The position numbers and the translations under genes are program-made. 64,000 nt of DNA from Dipteris shenzhenensis (Eukaryota). The DNA is taken from the NCBI GenBank assembly GCA_047967505.1, contig CM106538.1; one strand, 5' to 3'. Below the pieces are notes generated by a model. The model saw only the letters and a list, made by a program, of their open reading frames with translations, did no database searches and had not been told where the DNA came from. This document shows, piece after piece, positions 1 through 13,600 of this stretch; position 1 is the stretch's first letter, and each line of letters starts with the position of its first letter.

Positions 1-293
1 ACTTTATGTGAGCAACTAAATTTTATGTGAGAAAGCAGTCGAACTATAACGAAATATTTGCGTCATTGACATGATATGGCGCATCAGGATAGAAAAACAC
101 ATAGATGTAAACTCGAAATTGCAGGGCAAAACAATTGGGCTATGGAAGTTACGCATATCTGGCTTCAGACGAAAACTATAGCATTGCCAGTGTTACCACA
201 GTGGGGTGAGTTCAAGTCTGAGATCCGATTCAGTGGTATCCTAAGCTTAATTTCGATCTAATACATCTGGGATAAGTTGCTTTGCTAACCAAC

Positions 294-343
294 CTGTGCT
301 CCGCCGATTCATCACAATGAATTGAAATCGAGGTTGAGTTCGC
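294..343 (-). CDS. DCP1: DCP1 exon 3 (gene continues beyond the left edge of the window)
   Basis: ccgcag acceptor, (R)RTQPRFQFIVMNRRST, G|gttggt donor; phases are consistent. The next expected exon is not visible in 1-293. Confidence 0.93.
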
Positions 344-464
344 CTGCGGTGTTAGTTGCCCACACACATAAGGAACGGAATGCAACCAACAGTACGGCGT
401 TTGTGGGAAACACGATCTGCCCAAGCAAACTTGAGAATGAACCACAAACAATTTACTTCCTTAC

Positions 465-505
465 CTCTTCACGACGAACAACGATCCTTCTACATCCTTA
501 CGGCT
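465..505 (-). CDS. DCP1: DCP1 exon 2
   Basis: ttgcag acceptor, SRKDVEGSLFVVK(R), AG|gtaagg donor; in frame with exon 1. Confidence 0.95.
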
Positions 506-718
506 CTGCAATGCCAAAAAGATGTCAAAACCCATATCCATCACAGAATCAAGTACAGCTCTACATGGCGAGATCGACGCCCCACAGAGCAAAGTGCCAT
601 TTTTGAGAGATACAGCTCTATTCCAACATACGTTGAAGGGGGGGGAATGCGAGTTCTACAAGGCGAATCAAAAGCAGGAAAAACGACCCCTCGATCAAAG
701 CAGCGAATGTGGAGATAC

Positions 719-877
719 CCATTCACAGAGGTCGATGTTAAACTCATAAAAAGTGACGTGGGCAGCCGTGGAGAGGATCTCTTCAACATCGCGATCGATG
801 CGCTGAAGCACGGTGAGATTCAATTCTCGGGTGCTCTGCTGATTAAGCTGCGGGAGAAGCTTCACGTTCTGTGACAT
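719..877 (-). CDS. DCP1: DCP1 mRNA-decapping cofactor, exon 1
   Basis: Translates MSQNVKLLPQLNQQSTRELNLTVLQRIDRDVEEILSTAAHVTFYEFNIDLCEW, the recognisable plant DCP1 N-terminus (EVH1-like domain). GT donor at 718-717, phase 0. Confidence 0.95.
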
Positions 878-1229
878 AGGGGAACGCGATGGGGGGGCTC
901 AAGGGAGGGCAATGCAAGAATGAGCAAAGTGGCGTCGTTCATCAGCAACAACAAGAAGGAGAGTGGGTGGAGTTCCAAATGCTCATTTTGTACACAAGGC
1001 TCACCTCAGGTCTCCTTAATTACCACTATCTTCCACACACACTTAAGTCCTTATCTCATTCTCTTAGTTTTTTGGGACCATGGGACCTTGGTAGTTTTGT
1101 GGGAAATGGACATTTCACTCCCGAGTGGCCCCATCTCGTCTCTCCCACCTTTTCTTTCCCACACCACTCAGCTGTTGCGTCTAGAGCTCACTGGTCTTCT
1201 TGTGACAAAAAAGACTCTCTAAAGCATTT

Positions 1230-2165
1230 GAGGGTTGAACACAATGTAATATCCACAGTTTCACCAAACGATGTGATAATAAACATGGGGAATCAGTTTT
1301 CCCATAATGCTTAAGGCTTTAGAGGGTGCTCTAAAGATTGGTTCATCACCCTATGCATGTTCTTGCATTATCCTTATCCTTTTCTATCCAAACTCGTCTT
1401 GCTCATCTTAGGCTAGGTTCAAACAGGTGCGGCAACCAAAACACCTTTTTGGGAAGATGGCTACCGTTGTGTGATGTCCACACATGGCACGCCTAACAAT
1501 ATAGCCATTTATTGGCATGCACATTCCACACACCTGTTGTACGCCCTCTTGGTTATGCGAACATGTCATTGGACGTTCTAGAGCCACCTGGGGCCAAAGC
1601 CTAACCACTGCAATGCGTCAAGGGAGGATGGCTAGTGCTTGGGTAGGGGGTAGTGCCAGACACACCTTCCTTCTTTCAGCCATGTTTACAAACCAATCAT
1701 CTTGTGCCTCGACGATTGTCCCTTTGGTTGAACATGATGTAAAATCCACATTTTCACCAAACGATATGATATTTAACATGGGAAATTAGTTTTTCAATAT
1801 CATTAGGCTTTACAGAGCTTTCTCCTTGCCATCTTCCATCCAAAGTCATCTTGCTCATCTTAGACTAGATTTAGGCAAGGGTGGCAACCAAAACACCTTT
1901 TTGAGAATATGGTACGGTTGTGTGGTGTTCACACCCGATTTATTGGCAAGCACATTTCACACCCCTCTTGTGCACCCTCTTGATTATGCAAAAATGTCAT
2001 TGGATGTTCTAGAGCCCTTCGGTTTAAAGCCTAACCATTGCAATGCGCTAATCTTTTTTATTGGATGGCTAGTGCTTGGCAGGGGGTATTGCTTGACACA
2101 CCTTCCTGCTTTGCCCATGTCTACAAACCAAGCATCTTGTGGTTCGATGATCAACACCCCTTTGC
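1230..2165. repeat. Diverged tandem duplication, unit about 450-500 bp
   Basis: gttgaaca..atgtaa.atccaca.tttcaccaaacgat at ~1233 and ~1727. cttgctcatcttag..tag...caaccaaaacaccttttt at ~1398 and ~1850. aaaccaa.catcttgtg at ~1690 and ~2125. Confidence 0.75.
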
Positions 2166-3999
2166 ATGATGATCCGCCCCCATCTGAACCCAGCCTAATG
2201 GTGTTTGCACCCATTTGAACCCAGCCTTAAATTTCCATTTCCCACATGTCACAAGGCCTTAATATGGGAACTTACAATGCATAGATTGTGCCTTTGCCAC
2301 AGATCATGACAACTATTTATGTATTCTATTGTTAGGCTTGCCCCAACTAAGTTTGAGATGTGTAAATGCCATTTCAAAGAGATGATATCCATATACTTTG
2401 CAATAAATATATACAGTGGGGAGACTCCTTAACTTACGTAAAGTAATTTTATGTAAGGAATAGTACAGTGTTTTGGAGTTTCTTACCTCCTCCCCCTTGA
2501 GAAAATGTGACCATTGATCATGAGGAGTTAGAAACTATGATAAATAAAAGTTTACCATTGATCATGATGACTAAAAGCTATGGTGAATGTAGAGCATTAG
2601 AAAGCAATGGCGATTGCAAAAAGCAAAGCTACGAAAATAGAAAGCTAGAGTATTGGAAATCAATAGCAATAAGCAAGGTAATTGTTATGCCTACAACAAG
2701 CACACAAGGTACTCGGTCTAGGCAAAAATCAAATAAGCACAAAAGAAGCATTCATCCCTCACTCTCTTCCAAAGTCTTGCAGCATCCATCCAACTAGCAA
2801 ATGCAATTTTTTGGCCTTTTGGGCCTATTTGCCTCGTTTCGATGAGTACGTTGTAGAGGGAGTGGTCTTTTGACACAAAGCTTGGGAGTGGGCTTCAAAC
2901 ATAAAGCTTTGGTTGCAATTATATGTTACATACTTGCTTGCATATGAGAGCCTAAAAAATACCAAGTTTGTATGAAAGTGCAAGCTTTATCGTGAGAGGT
3001 AAATAGCAACAAATGTAGAGTTTGATAATAAACTAGAGTTTGCAAGCTATATCTTAATAGTTAAATATATGCAAACCCAATTATTAAAAATTATAGGGCA
3101 AGTTTCTTTGCTTCGGTACACTTAAATATGGTGGCCACCTGCTCCTGGGCTAATGGAAGGGTATGAGTATAATTTTAGAGTTGTGTAATGGTGAGTTTGA
3201 AAGTCATTGGTAATTGTTTATGCTAGGTGATGGTGAACACCAATTGCAATTGAGGCAAGGTCAGCAAGAACAATATAGGCATGGTAGGGTGATTATGGTT
3301 GCATTCAACTGTAGATAATAGTAAATTAACGCCTCGCATAATAGTCCCCCTCTCACAATCCTTTCCATACTTCACCATGTGGTGGCTCCTCTCCTGACAT
3401 CTCCAACGGTGCTATGTGAAGGTCAAGGAAAAGATGGGTGCACTCAAGCTATTATGAGGTATTCTACATGGGCAAATTCATGCAAGTTTCAATACATATG
3501 ATTTTACATGTGCATAAGACACAAGTCAATTTCAATGCTTACAAATGTAACATGCAATGCATGTAGCATGATGTTGAATGCATGCATGTAACACGATACA
3601 TAGTGCATCATGCATATTGATTGCAATACAACATATGACAGCATGCATATTGCATGCATGCTTTCTTTTTACAATTGAATTACATGCATGCAATATGTAT
3701 CATATTCCATTGCAAAAGAAAAAAAGACATGCTATCTACAAATAAAAAACTGACAAAAACCACCTCCCTCTTTGAGAGAGCCCAGGCATCTACACTTAAA
3801 GAGTGGTCCCATCTCCTGTGCCTTGTGAGCATAGGGACCAAGGACTACCTTTAAGGCCAAGCCCTGGTGTGGGGTTTAAGATAGGAGAAGAAAATTACCT
3901 CTCAAACCAAAAGTGTTAAAATAAATCGACAACATCCTCATGTGGTCACGATGGTACTTTTACTACTAGTAAAAAGACTATTACTATTAGTTAAAGGCC

Positions 4000-6900
4000 T
4001 ACTACCATCGATAAAAGATCTATTGCTTTGGAGCGACATCATGGATTGAGGGCTTGCTTTGAATCATCCAGGACCCCATAATAATCAATAACCTCTCAAA
4101 TCTCCTCCACTTAGGCAAGAGATCAGTCCCCCAAAGGGTGCTGCATACATGATCATTGGCCACCATCAAAGTATCAAATAACTACCCCTTAAAGAGTTGC
4201 CTCTCTAGTTGATCCCGAGTTCCTTGAGCTCTTGTAAGCTATACCCAGGCTACATGGACCATTGTAAACAACCAACCTACAAAAGTTGCCGCTAGGTAAT
4301 TGTAGGTCAACATGATCTCCATCAATAGCCCATGGTATGTGAAACTATTTCGATATAATACTATCTAAGAGGTGTTAAATTTCATAAACCTATGCTTTCC
4401 AAGGTTGAATATCATGTCTTTCTCCCTATAAAACACCTCTAGGGCCTCAAAGTGTCTCTATAAGCCTATTATTAAAGAAGATATGAGGACAATCTCGTCC
4501 TCACCTAACAATCTTTGTACTATGAAGTTGGCAAGCAATGACTTGTCACCTTCAAGTCGGACAATGAAGGACATGATCTCATCAATGTAGAAGCCAAAAT
4601 GTGTTCGTGAAAGGGGGCATCCATGCTTCACTCTGATGGATAGCTGACCTATTGGTGAAACTCCACTTGTAATATATTGAGCTTGAAAGATTGTATGATG
4701 AATCTATAGGAATAAGGATATGCAAAATCCTCTCTAAAAAATATCATGCAAAATCAGGATCTAGAGAGAGAAATACTAAAATTGGAGAGAGAAAGACTAA
4801 AAGCTTGCACTTTTTGACATCCCTCCAAAAAGTGTAGAGACTGAGGTCTCCTACAAAAGAGGTCCCACCCTTGAGGTTCCTACAAAAAGTGTAGAGAGTC
4901 TTACCCAAAGAGGTCCCACCCTTGAGGTTCCTACCAAAAGTGTAGAGACTCTTACCCAAGAGGTCTCCAACAAAATAGGTCCCACCCTTGAGGTTCCTAT
5001 AAAAAGTGGAGAGACTCTTTTTTTTTTCAAATAAAAGTGGAGAGACTCTTACCCAAGAGGTCTCCTAGAAAAGAGGTCCCACCAAGAAGTCTCCTACAAA
5101 TTGTGTAGAGATCAACATGTATAAATCTCACTCAATGGAATGAAAAACCTTTGGTCTTGTATAGATGTTAATAAACTTTCTTTATTTCTTTCTTTCAGAT
5201 CGTGCTCTTAATACAAGAGAACACACCATCTAGGGTTCATACTCTCCCTTTGACAACTCATAAAGCCTGGGATCTACATCTCTTGAGATCTCTAAATCAT
5301 AAAAGATCGGAAAACACTATGTCATAAGCCTTTCAAAAGTCTACAAAACAAGCATAGACTTTTTGAGATCTTGATCTCACCTCCTCAATGATGGCCATAA
5401 AGTGGGGATGTGATCTAGAGTAGAGTGCTATCTTTGAAATCTAGCATATCCCAAATCTTATTGTATTTTGAGCCTTTGTGAAAGTGTTGTTCTCTCTCTA
5501 ATACAAACTTATAGATCTTGGCCAGTGTGTGGATATCTTCAAAACCTAGCCTACCCCAAAGCCTATTGTCCTTGAGCCTCTATGAAAGTGTTCTCTCTCT
5601 AGTACAAATCGATAGAGCCAATGTGTCGCCAATCATGAGAGTGCGATTGTTCCTAGTATCCATTGGGTCTCCTTCTTTGTTATCAATGGGAAAACCATGG
5701 CATACAGTGTGATTGAACATCAGTGCTAGGATTGGGGAGCCAAGATGTCCTCCCCATGTGTGAAGTGTTTTGTCTATACTCTATCATGGCCTTGGGCTCT
5801 TTTGAAGTAGAGTCTAGTGCAACCTGCACATTCCATGTGGTAAACAGGGTGTATGTGGTGGGCTTGGGTAAGGAAGACATATCAAGCTTGACCTAGAGAA
5901 TCATAGAGCAATGTGGCATATGTGTGCCAAATCATAGGGTTCATGTGATTGGGATGGGTGGCATTCCCTCTAATACAAGATCCCAGTAGGTTCCCTTCCT
6001 AAAAAGAGAGGATCATCTCATCAAGTTTGTGTGAGAGGAAAGTGGACTTCTTATGGTTGTAAGGTGGCATGAGATTCGATATGCCATAGATGGCATCAAA
6101 TGTCTTAAAGCTTGTTGGTCTAACCATGAACTCTAAGGCATCTTCCTTGCTAGAGGGCATGCTATGACTCAATCCATGAATGGGAATGATGTAGAGGCAA
6201 TATCTTGAACCACCAAAACTAGGGTGTCTGAGGCATGGGTGAGATCTACACCATCTCCAAGGGAGGTCGATGTCACAAGATAGTTGGCTCTCATAGACCG
6301 CATCAAGGGAAAAATCAAAGCATATTTCATAAGGAGCAAATGGAGCTAGATGCTCTAATGAGTACCCTTTTTAAACACTTTTTTGTGACCATTTTTTGTA
6401 TAAATTAGCCTTTTCAAAGATCATACACATTTCTAGGAACTAATATATATAAAAGGAGGTCTATGAAGACTTGAAAGAATTATACAACACGGAATTTCGA
6501 CAGGTTTTCTAGTTGGAATACTCATGAAAAGATGGTGACATTTTCCTTTTTCTTTTTTTTTGGATGGCGACTTTTTGATTGGTGACACCCAATCAGTATG
6601 CCCGATCTCCCAATTGGTGAAACCAGGATCCAATAATTTTTCAAGTTCTTCATAGACATGCGTGCCATACTTTGGATTTATCCTATAGGGTCCACATACC
6701 TTAGGTTTGGATCCTTCCCTAAGCAGTATGGTATGCACTGCAACTTCAAGGGAGATCCCTTTCATTTCCTTGTAGGACCAAGCCATGCAATCCCTGTATT
6801 ACATTAGCAATACTTTTAGTTCTTTCTCATCCTCTTGCATGAGTTATTTGCCGAGGTACACAAGCTTTTCTTCTTCTCCTTCTAAGGCAAGATCCAATTT

Positions 6901-7700
6901 TCTAGTCTTGGCTGGCCCCTCATAAGCTTGAGTTTTCCCTCGTCTACCTATTTCCTTGATCTCTGATTCCTAGATTGGTCTATGCATTGCTATTGTTGCA
7001 TCCCCCCTTGTACAATTTTGAAATAGTCAAGAACTTCCCTAAGGCTTTCATAGCACTATGAGGTGCTTGCCTAACTATAAGTGCTACTACTTCTTACTAT
7101 GGAAGAGTCTTGATCTGTTTCACTTGCTTTTCTTTTTTGTGTATTCTCCATTTTAGTCTTCATTCACACATTGGGATTTTGCAAAACTTTTTGCTTTGTG
7201 AGACTAATGATAGATTTTGAATGGCCATCTTGTTCTCAAATACTGGCTCTTTTGCCATGCATGCTCCTTCAAGGGCCTTTGGATCCCATTGTAAATTTGG
7301 TGGCTCCACTACTTGGGTGGGCTTGGTTAAGCACAGTTCCACCACTCAGGCTTGCATCCTTTCAAACTCATTACGTGCTCCACCTTAGTTTTCTTGCATC
7401 ACACACCGTTCTTTTTTTCCTTAAGTGCTTGCTATTTACTAGTGTTGGAGGGTTTGGCTTGAGGTATTCTACTTCCATTAGCGTTTGTAGAATCACCAAA
7501 TCGTTATCCTTTGCGTGTGTTGGTGATGGACATGAGAGAGAAATGCCATTGAGGATCACTATTCACAAGTCCGAGGGTGTTCATTATCTATAGTCGTGTC
7601 ATTGCTCATTGTAGCACAGGTCTTTTGGTCCTATTCTGGTGAGAGGTTTACGGGCTAAAGCATGGAAAGCAACTCTCATACATGCTTAGATGATAAAGAG
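4000..7700 (-). mobile_element. Degenerate Ty3/Gypsy (Tat/Ogre-like) internal region
   Basis: ORF 6433-6786 (AWSYKEMKGIS..VAVHTI..PYRINP..ELEKLL..WVSPI) is the N-terminus of a Gypsy RT. Flanking sequence is decayed and the boundaries are approximate. Confidence 0.65.
4825..5100. repeat. Imperfect tandem repeat (aaagtgtagagactcttacccaagaggtc...ccacccttgaggttcctac)
   Basis: The motifs aaagtgtagaga and ggtcccacccttgaggttccta recur 3-5 times. Confidence 0.85.
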
Positions 7701-8559
7701 GGCTTGATCACGATGATGGATGGAGGCTCTCACATCCATGGGAGTTCAAGGGTTTAGAAGGCGGATAGGGTTGAGAAGATAACTAGGAATTCCAGGGTTT
7801 AAAAAGGATTGAGGATGAGTCCAAGGTTGAGGAGTGGCAGGGTTTAGGACGAGTCCAAGGTTGAGGAGTGGAGAGCTAGTCTCCTTCACGACTTCAAGGG
7901 GTAAAGGTTTGAGAAGGAGGATCAAGGGAGGAAGGAAGAGGTGAAGGGAGGAGGAGGAAGTGGAGAAGGGAGGAGGATCTGAGGAGGGAGTGCAAGGGTA
8001 AGGGCATGCTAGAACACGATAGTGTATGGGCGCATGGATGCAAACGAGATCAATCACACAATCATCACCTGAAATCACACAATTATATACTATAGTTAGA
8101 TTGTTAATTTTTCAAATCTAAACACAAGCAAGGTACTTTACACACCTATACTCCCCTGTACCGAAGTAGAGTAGCCCATCTTGCAAGAAGCATAGGAAGC
8201 ACAGATGGATATGCTCCCTCATATGTCTATCCAATCACCATTCCCATCTCGTGCTAATAACCTAAACCCTCCCTATTAGTATAAAATAAATTAAACCCTC
8301 CCTCTCTATCCAATCACCATTCCCATCTCGTGCTAAAAACCTAAGCCCTCCCTATGACCTAAACCCTCCTTAATAACCTATTAGTATAATATAAATTAAT
8401 GGCCCAAGGTTTTGTGGTGGGAAAATCCCATTGTCAATCTCCACCCACCAATACCATTGATCTCCTTGCACATGATTGCTATCCATAGCTTCAACCCACA
8501 TTTGAATAGAATGCTCTTGCACATTGAATTAAAAACATACATTCCCTATCAACACATTC

Positions 8560-9620
8560 AACCATAAATGCACATTTCCTATAGTTATATATGATACCTT
8601 TGCTTCAGAGAGTCCATTATAGACGAATGCATACCTACAAGTGATATAGCCTCTTGAAAATCTGATGTGATCCTCCGTATCAAAGTTTGGGCTTCATTAG
8701 GGTGAGGAACCATAGCTGCAACATATGAAAAGCATTAGCATTATCATTTCAAGACAATTTATCAAATATGATGAGAGATGTTATACATGAAAGAATCATA
8801 CCATCATCATTTCTTACACTCGAATACACAGCAGAACAATCAGAAGTGAATGTACACGGAATATAGAAGGCTTCAATTTGCCTAGTTCTATTGCATATAA
8901 TTGATGGCATCATTGCACAATTGTGTGTACTTCAAAACCCTTGAGTATCATCACCTTCATTTGGTGCTTTACCCTTTCTCGACCATGCACATGTGCAACA
9001 TGCCCACCTAAGGCTTGCATTGTAAACAATATGTTCTATCTCTAGATTATTTTTACTTTTCACTTTTGTGCATTCTTCTTCATTTGATAGTGTCACAAAG
9101 TCATTAGATATCTCCTTTGCCTGAGTCAAAGGGTGAAAAGTTTGGAAGAAACCCATCATCTTTTTGAATCTCCATGTACCAATAGTATGGCAAGCATGTA
9201 GATTTGAGGCGATGCATAAGCCAGTCAATGCGACGACCAAAGATAGATTTCTTCCCACATTGAAAAAAAAAAAGAATCATGATTTAAGAGTCGCATGGTA
9301 AGACTCTATTGCTCCATTGGTATTTTTGTTTGCATGAGGATGTGTGCACACACATTGCACCCACATTGCTACAATAGAGAGTAGATATGAGTTTTGAGAT
9401 CATCAAATGTCCACGTGAATAAAACAAAGAGTTTCATGAAAAGGGTTCAAGGTTGTAGGCTTGCAATACTAATGAAGTTGGAAAGCCCATCTCTCCTCAA
9501 AATATTCCATGAATGCAGTCTCCATTGAAAATCTTTTTAAATAGTCCAATCAACTGCTTGCTCAATTAGCTATGGATCAGCAGACAAAGGCTTGTTTATC
9601 CACGTATCCATAATGGCTCC
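8560..9620 (-). mobile_element. MULE/Mutator-like transposase remnant
   Basis: Minus strand reads MWVQC..HANKNTNGAIESYHATLK (TNxxxESxH motif, ~9285-9370) and the SWIM-finger start WACCTCAW (~8980-9010). Frameshifted. Confidence 0.7.
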
Positions 9621-9627
9621 AAGCCTT

Positions 9628-10600
9628 CTAAATATTTTTGCTTGCCTGGTATAACCTTATAGTCTTTGGTCTTCTTTGTTTTTTTATTGTGTTTTTATTA
9701 TGCGTATATCGACAGCTTGTGTATTGAGCAAGGCAAACCTGTTGCAGGTGTAGTGGTCTTCTATAGTATTTAGTGATAATGTCTTTAAAGAAGATGTTAG
9801 TGCTGTCTGGGTCCATCTTTTCTAATTGCCATCGTAGTTTCAACAACAATTTGTGCAGATTTAGTGGACTAATGTTTATATAAGCATGTATTCTAGTACT
9901 ACTTGTCAGTGGAAGTGATAGTGAAAGATAGACAACTCGTTGGGCACTTGTGTGTTGAGTGTTTAGTATTGTGTTTCCTATTTCATGTGCATATTCATTA
10001 GTTGGTTCCTTCATGATTAGGCTATCATTTAGGGCTTGCTTCACTGCTTCATTCGAAGCTTTATCTGCCTTTGCTATGTATGAAGTGCGATAAGCAATAG
10101 CACCATGCGGGTTTAAAATGAATTGTATGTTAGTGTTTTCTCACCAAAGCCTTGATATTGTAGCATTGAAATTGTATATGTATATGTCTTTGGGTTGTCT
10201 TCTCAAGAAAATGATCGGTTGGATTATTTTGGACCTAAGTGCTATTATGTATTTTGCTTGAGATAAATCAATGTTGTGCCAGAATGTGTCAAAGTCCATT
10301 GATGTAGTTGCTATGCCATGCAATGGATGTTATTTTCTTGAAGCTCTTTTTGTAGTCAGCGTTGTTTTGTTCTGATTAAAGCGGTAATAGAAGGTGTGTT
10401 TTGTGTTTGGTGGCCTTGGGAATCCAAACATGCACATCTTTCTCCCTTTTTTACATGTTCTCCTATGCTTATGTATTTGTATATCATTGTTCGATATCTC
10501 TAGTAATGATGAATCAATGGTAATGTAGCAATCTATGAATGCCACTATTTCATCATTGGATGATGACTACAACATTGGTGCATGTTCAATCTCACAGCAC
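9628..10600 (-). mobile_element. Helitron Rep remnant, Helitron2/Helentron-type
   Basis: FIDCYIT..QIHKHRRTCKK..CMFGFPRPP; FLRRQPKDIYIYNFNATI..W; NTNIQFILNPHGAIAY..SYIAKAD; IGNTILNTQHTSAQ..VY..LSLPLTSSTR..YIN. These fall in three broken ORFs. Confidence 0.8.
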
Positions 10601-10619
10601 TCTTTTGTTGATGAGAGTT

Positions 10620-13600
10620 GATTCAAATATGATTGAAGACTTAAGGCTTCTGTTTCTCTGACCATGTCTTAATTCTGAGCTGTGGTTGAGAGAATACAAG
10701 ACCAAGATCCAAGAATGCTGAATGAAGCCTTGTTGATTGCATAACGTATTGAATTTTCTAAATCAAAGAACAATACGAAAGTCCCTACCATTCCTCTTTT
10801 ACTTTTAGTGCCTTCTGCTGCCACACTAATGGAGATTGACAATATTCAGAATGCATAGGATTTCCAACGCAATAATTTCCATCCACTTGATCTCAATCTT
10901 CACTCAACAAGGGTAAATTATCAGATTGTGATGAACAAGGTCAGCCATGCTGCTTCAATTGCAATAAATATGGACATGCACGCAACTATTGTCGAATCTC
11001 ACAACCCATGCAAAGCGTACCCTTAGCTTCCCTTGTTTTGAGAAATGTGAATATGTACATTTGGATTCCCTTATTTTGGGAAAAGAGCACTTGAAGCTAT
11101 AAGGGAGGATATGACTTTAAAGTCCAACTATTGTGTTGCCGAGTCAGATTTTTAATGTCATTCTTGGCTATGATTGGTTGCTTGAACAAGGAGCTACAAT
11201 TGACTTTAAAATAAAAATTTTACATCTGCAGAATTCAATTGACATACCACAAATTCTCATGAGATGCTAATTGTTATTCATGAATAAATATTCAGACTAG
11301 CACAAGTCATAAAAATCTTGTCTAGCTTTTGGGATGCATTTTTAGGACCTATTCCAACAACTATGTCAACTACAGCCTATACGAAATCATATAGGCACAT
11401 CTCTATCAATTTCTATAGCCCAGAGGAGACGATTAGCTAAGGAGGTCCAATTTTTGAGGGATTACATTAACAAGTTGATGAAAAACAAACATTCAACTTC
11501 CAAAGCCCTTGGGCTTACGAACCTCATTTGGTTTGGAACAAGGATGGTGTTTTGCATTGACTACATACTATTGAATAAGGTTGCAACACGAGATCAATAT
11601 CCCCTTTCGTGTCTTGATAACATTCTAGATTCATTAGCAAATCTAGATTTTTCACATCACTTAACCTCAAGTTGGGATATTGGAAAATTCCAATTAAGAA
11701 GGATGATAAGCACAAAATGGCATTTAGAACTCCCTTTGGGGATATATCAATTCAATGTTAGGCCTTTTGGTTTAAATAATTCACCCATGACTTTTCAATG
11801 TCTTATGAACTTTGTATTAAATGATTTGATTATTCAAGGCAAAGTTTTGGTTTATTTGGGATGATGTGCTAATTCATATGGCTTCTTGGGAAGACCACAA
11901 ACAATTGATCATGTAGGTTGTACGTCTATTCCAACAATACAACTTGAAGTTGAATCCTTAGAATTGCAAATGGGTGCAAACCAAGCTAAAGCATCTCGGT
12001 TTCATTATTGCACATGATGGCATCAAACCAAATCCAAAGAAGGTAAAGGCATTGCATAATTTTCTTATTCTAACTAATGTCAAATAGCTCCAACAATTTG
12101 TCAAGATGCCTGGTCTTACTGCAAGATTTATGCTTGAATTGTCAGAATTATCTACTTCACTGAGAAATTTAATGTAGAAAAAGATGAAATTTGTTGGGAT
12201 TCACAATGTCAGGAAGCTTTCAACAACTTCAAAGCCCTTTTTGATGCACAAAAGACATCTGAAGAAGGATTGGGAGGAGTTCTATTGTAGGCTAATGAAC
12301 CAAAATAATAAGAGAAATGATATGCTGCAATTGAATTGGAGTGTGTGGTAGTGGTTTGGGCAATCTTCAAATTGCATCCCTATATTTATGGTACACACTT
12401 CGAAGTATAAACCAATCATGTAGCATTGACTGAACTTATGAAGAAGAAACATCTTCACGGAGATTGGCCGGGTGGGTTTTGTGGTTGCAAGACTACTATG
12501 ATTTTAACATCTCACATCGTCCAGATAAGCTGAATGAAATAGCAGACGCTCTTTCTAGAGCTCATATTGCGGCAATGCAAAGAGTTTTACTAGTAGCATC
12601 TTGGACCTTCTTGTGTATTCCTCAAGATCCACTTCAATTGCCTACAATTGACGAATTAAAACAACTCCAAGGAGAAGATCAGGAAGTTCAAAGAATTCAG
12701 CTGGCATATAAATTCATCCAAACCGCCATTGCATTTTTGAGATATTTATGGGTTGCTATATTATCACAAATTGCCATTTCAACCAAGAATTTATGTCCCA
12801 ATAGTATGTCAACAACAATATCTCCATGCATTCCATGACGGGGTTCTTGGTGGCCATCTTAGCTTTTTGAAGGTGCTCATAAAAGGCCAAACAAGATTTT
12901 TGAGGCGCGGCCTTCACTTGTATCTACAATCTTATCCAACATGCCAGTCCTCCAAGAACCTTCAACAATGGGTGATATGACATCCATCACTGTAACTAGG
13001 CCCTTTAAATTAGTTGCTTATGACATCATGGGTCCTGTCCCAATTCAGGAAACGGCAATAAGTGCATAATCATCCTAATAGATTACCTAAAAAGGTGGAC
13101 GATTGCAACACCATTGAAGACTAAATCAACTGGTGAGGTAGCATATTTTGCGTGCAACATTTGAATTTACCCATGGTTGTCCAAAGCAACTATTGTCAAA
13201 TCAAGGAAAAAACTTCAAGTTTGAGGTGGTTCGCATTTTGGCTGACAAGTTGAATATCAAGCAACAATTTACCAGCTCTTATCACTTGGATTACAATGGT
13301 CTTGCAAAAAGACTCATAGAACAATCAAATTGTTGTTGGCCATGTACATTGATCTGAGTCACTCCAACTAGGAAATCTCTTTGCCTTATGTGGCTACAAC
13401 CTATAATACAACACTCTAAGAATCAAGAAGACTTAGTCCATTTGAAGCGCTCTATGGTCGGCCTCTTATTTTCCACCGGAGATTGGTGTGATAGATACAA
13501 ATTAGATTAAGCATAATGAATCACGCCAATGGGCAGAATATATTTAGAACGTTCTATGGTCAGCCGACCACCTCCGATTCCACTGAAGATTGGTGTGATA

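Noticed and set aside
356-874. 172-aa plus-strand ORF
   Set aside because: It is the antisense shadow of DCP1 exons 1-2 and has no recognisable motif.
4825-5100. Repeat with variable spacing, superficially CRISPR-like
   Set aside because: The intervening segments are themselves repeats, the context is eukaryotic TE DNA, and there are no cas genes.
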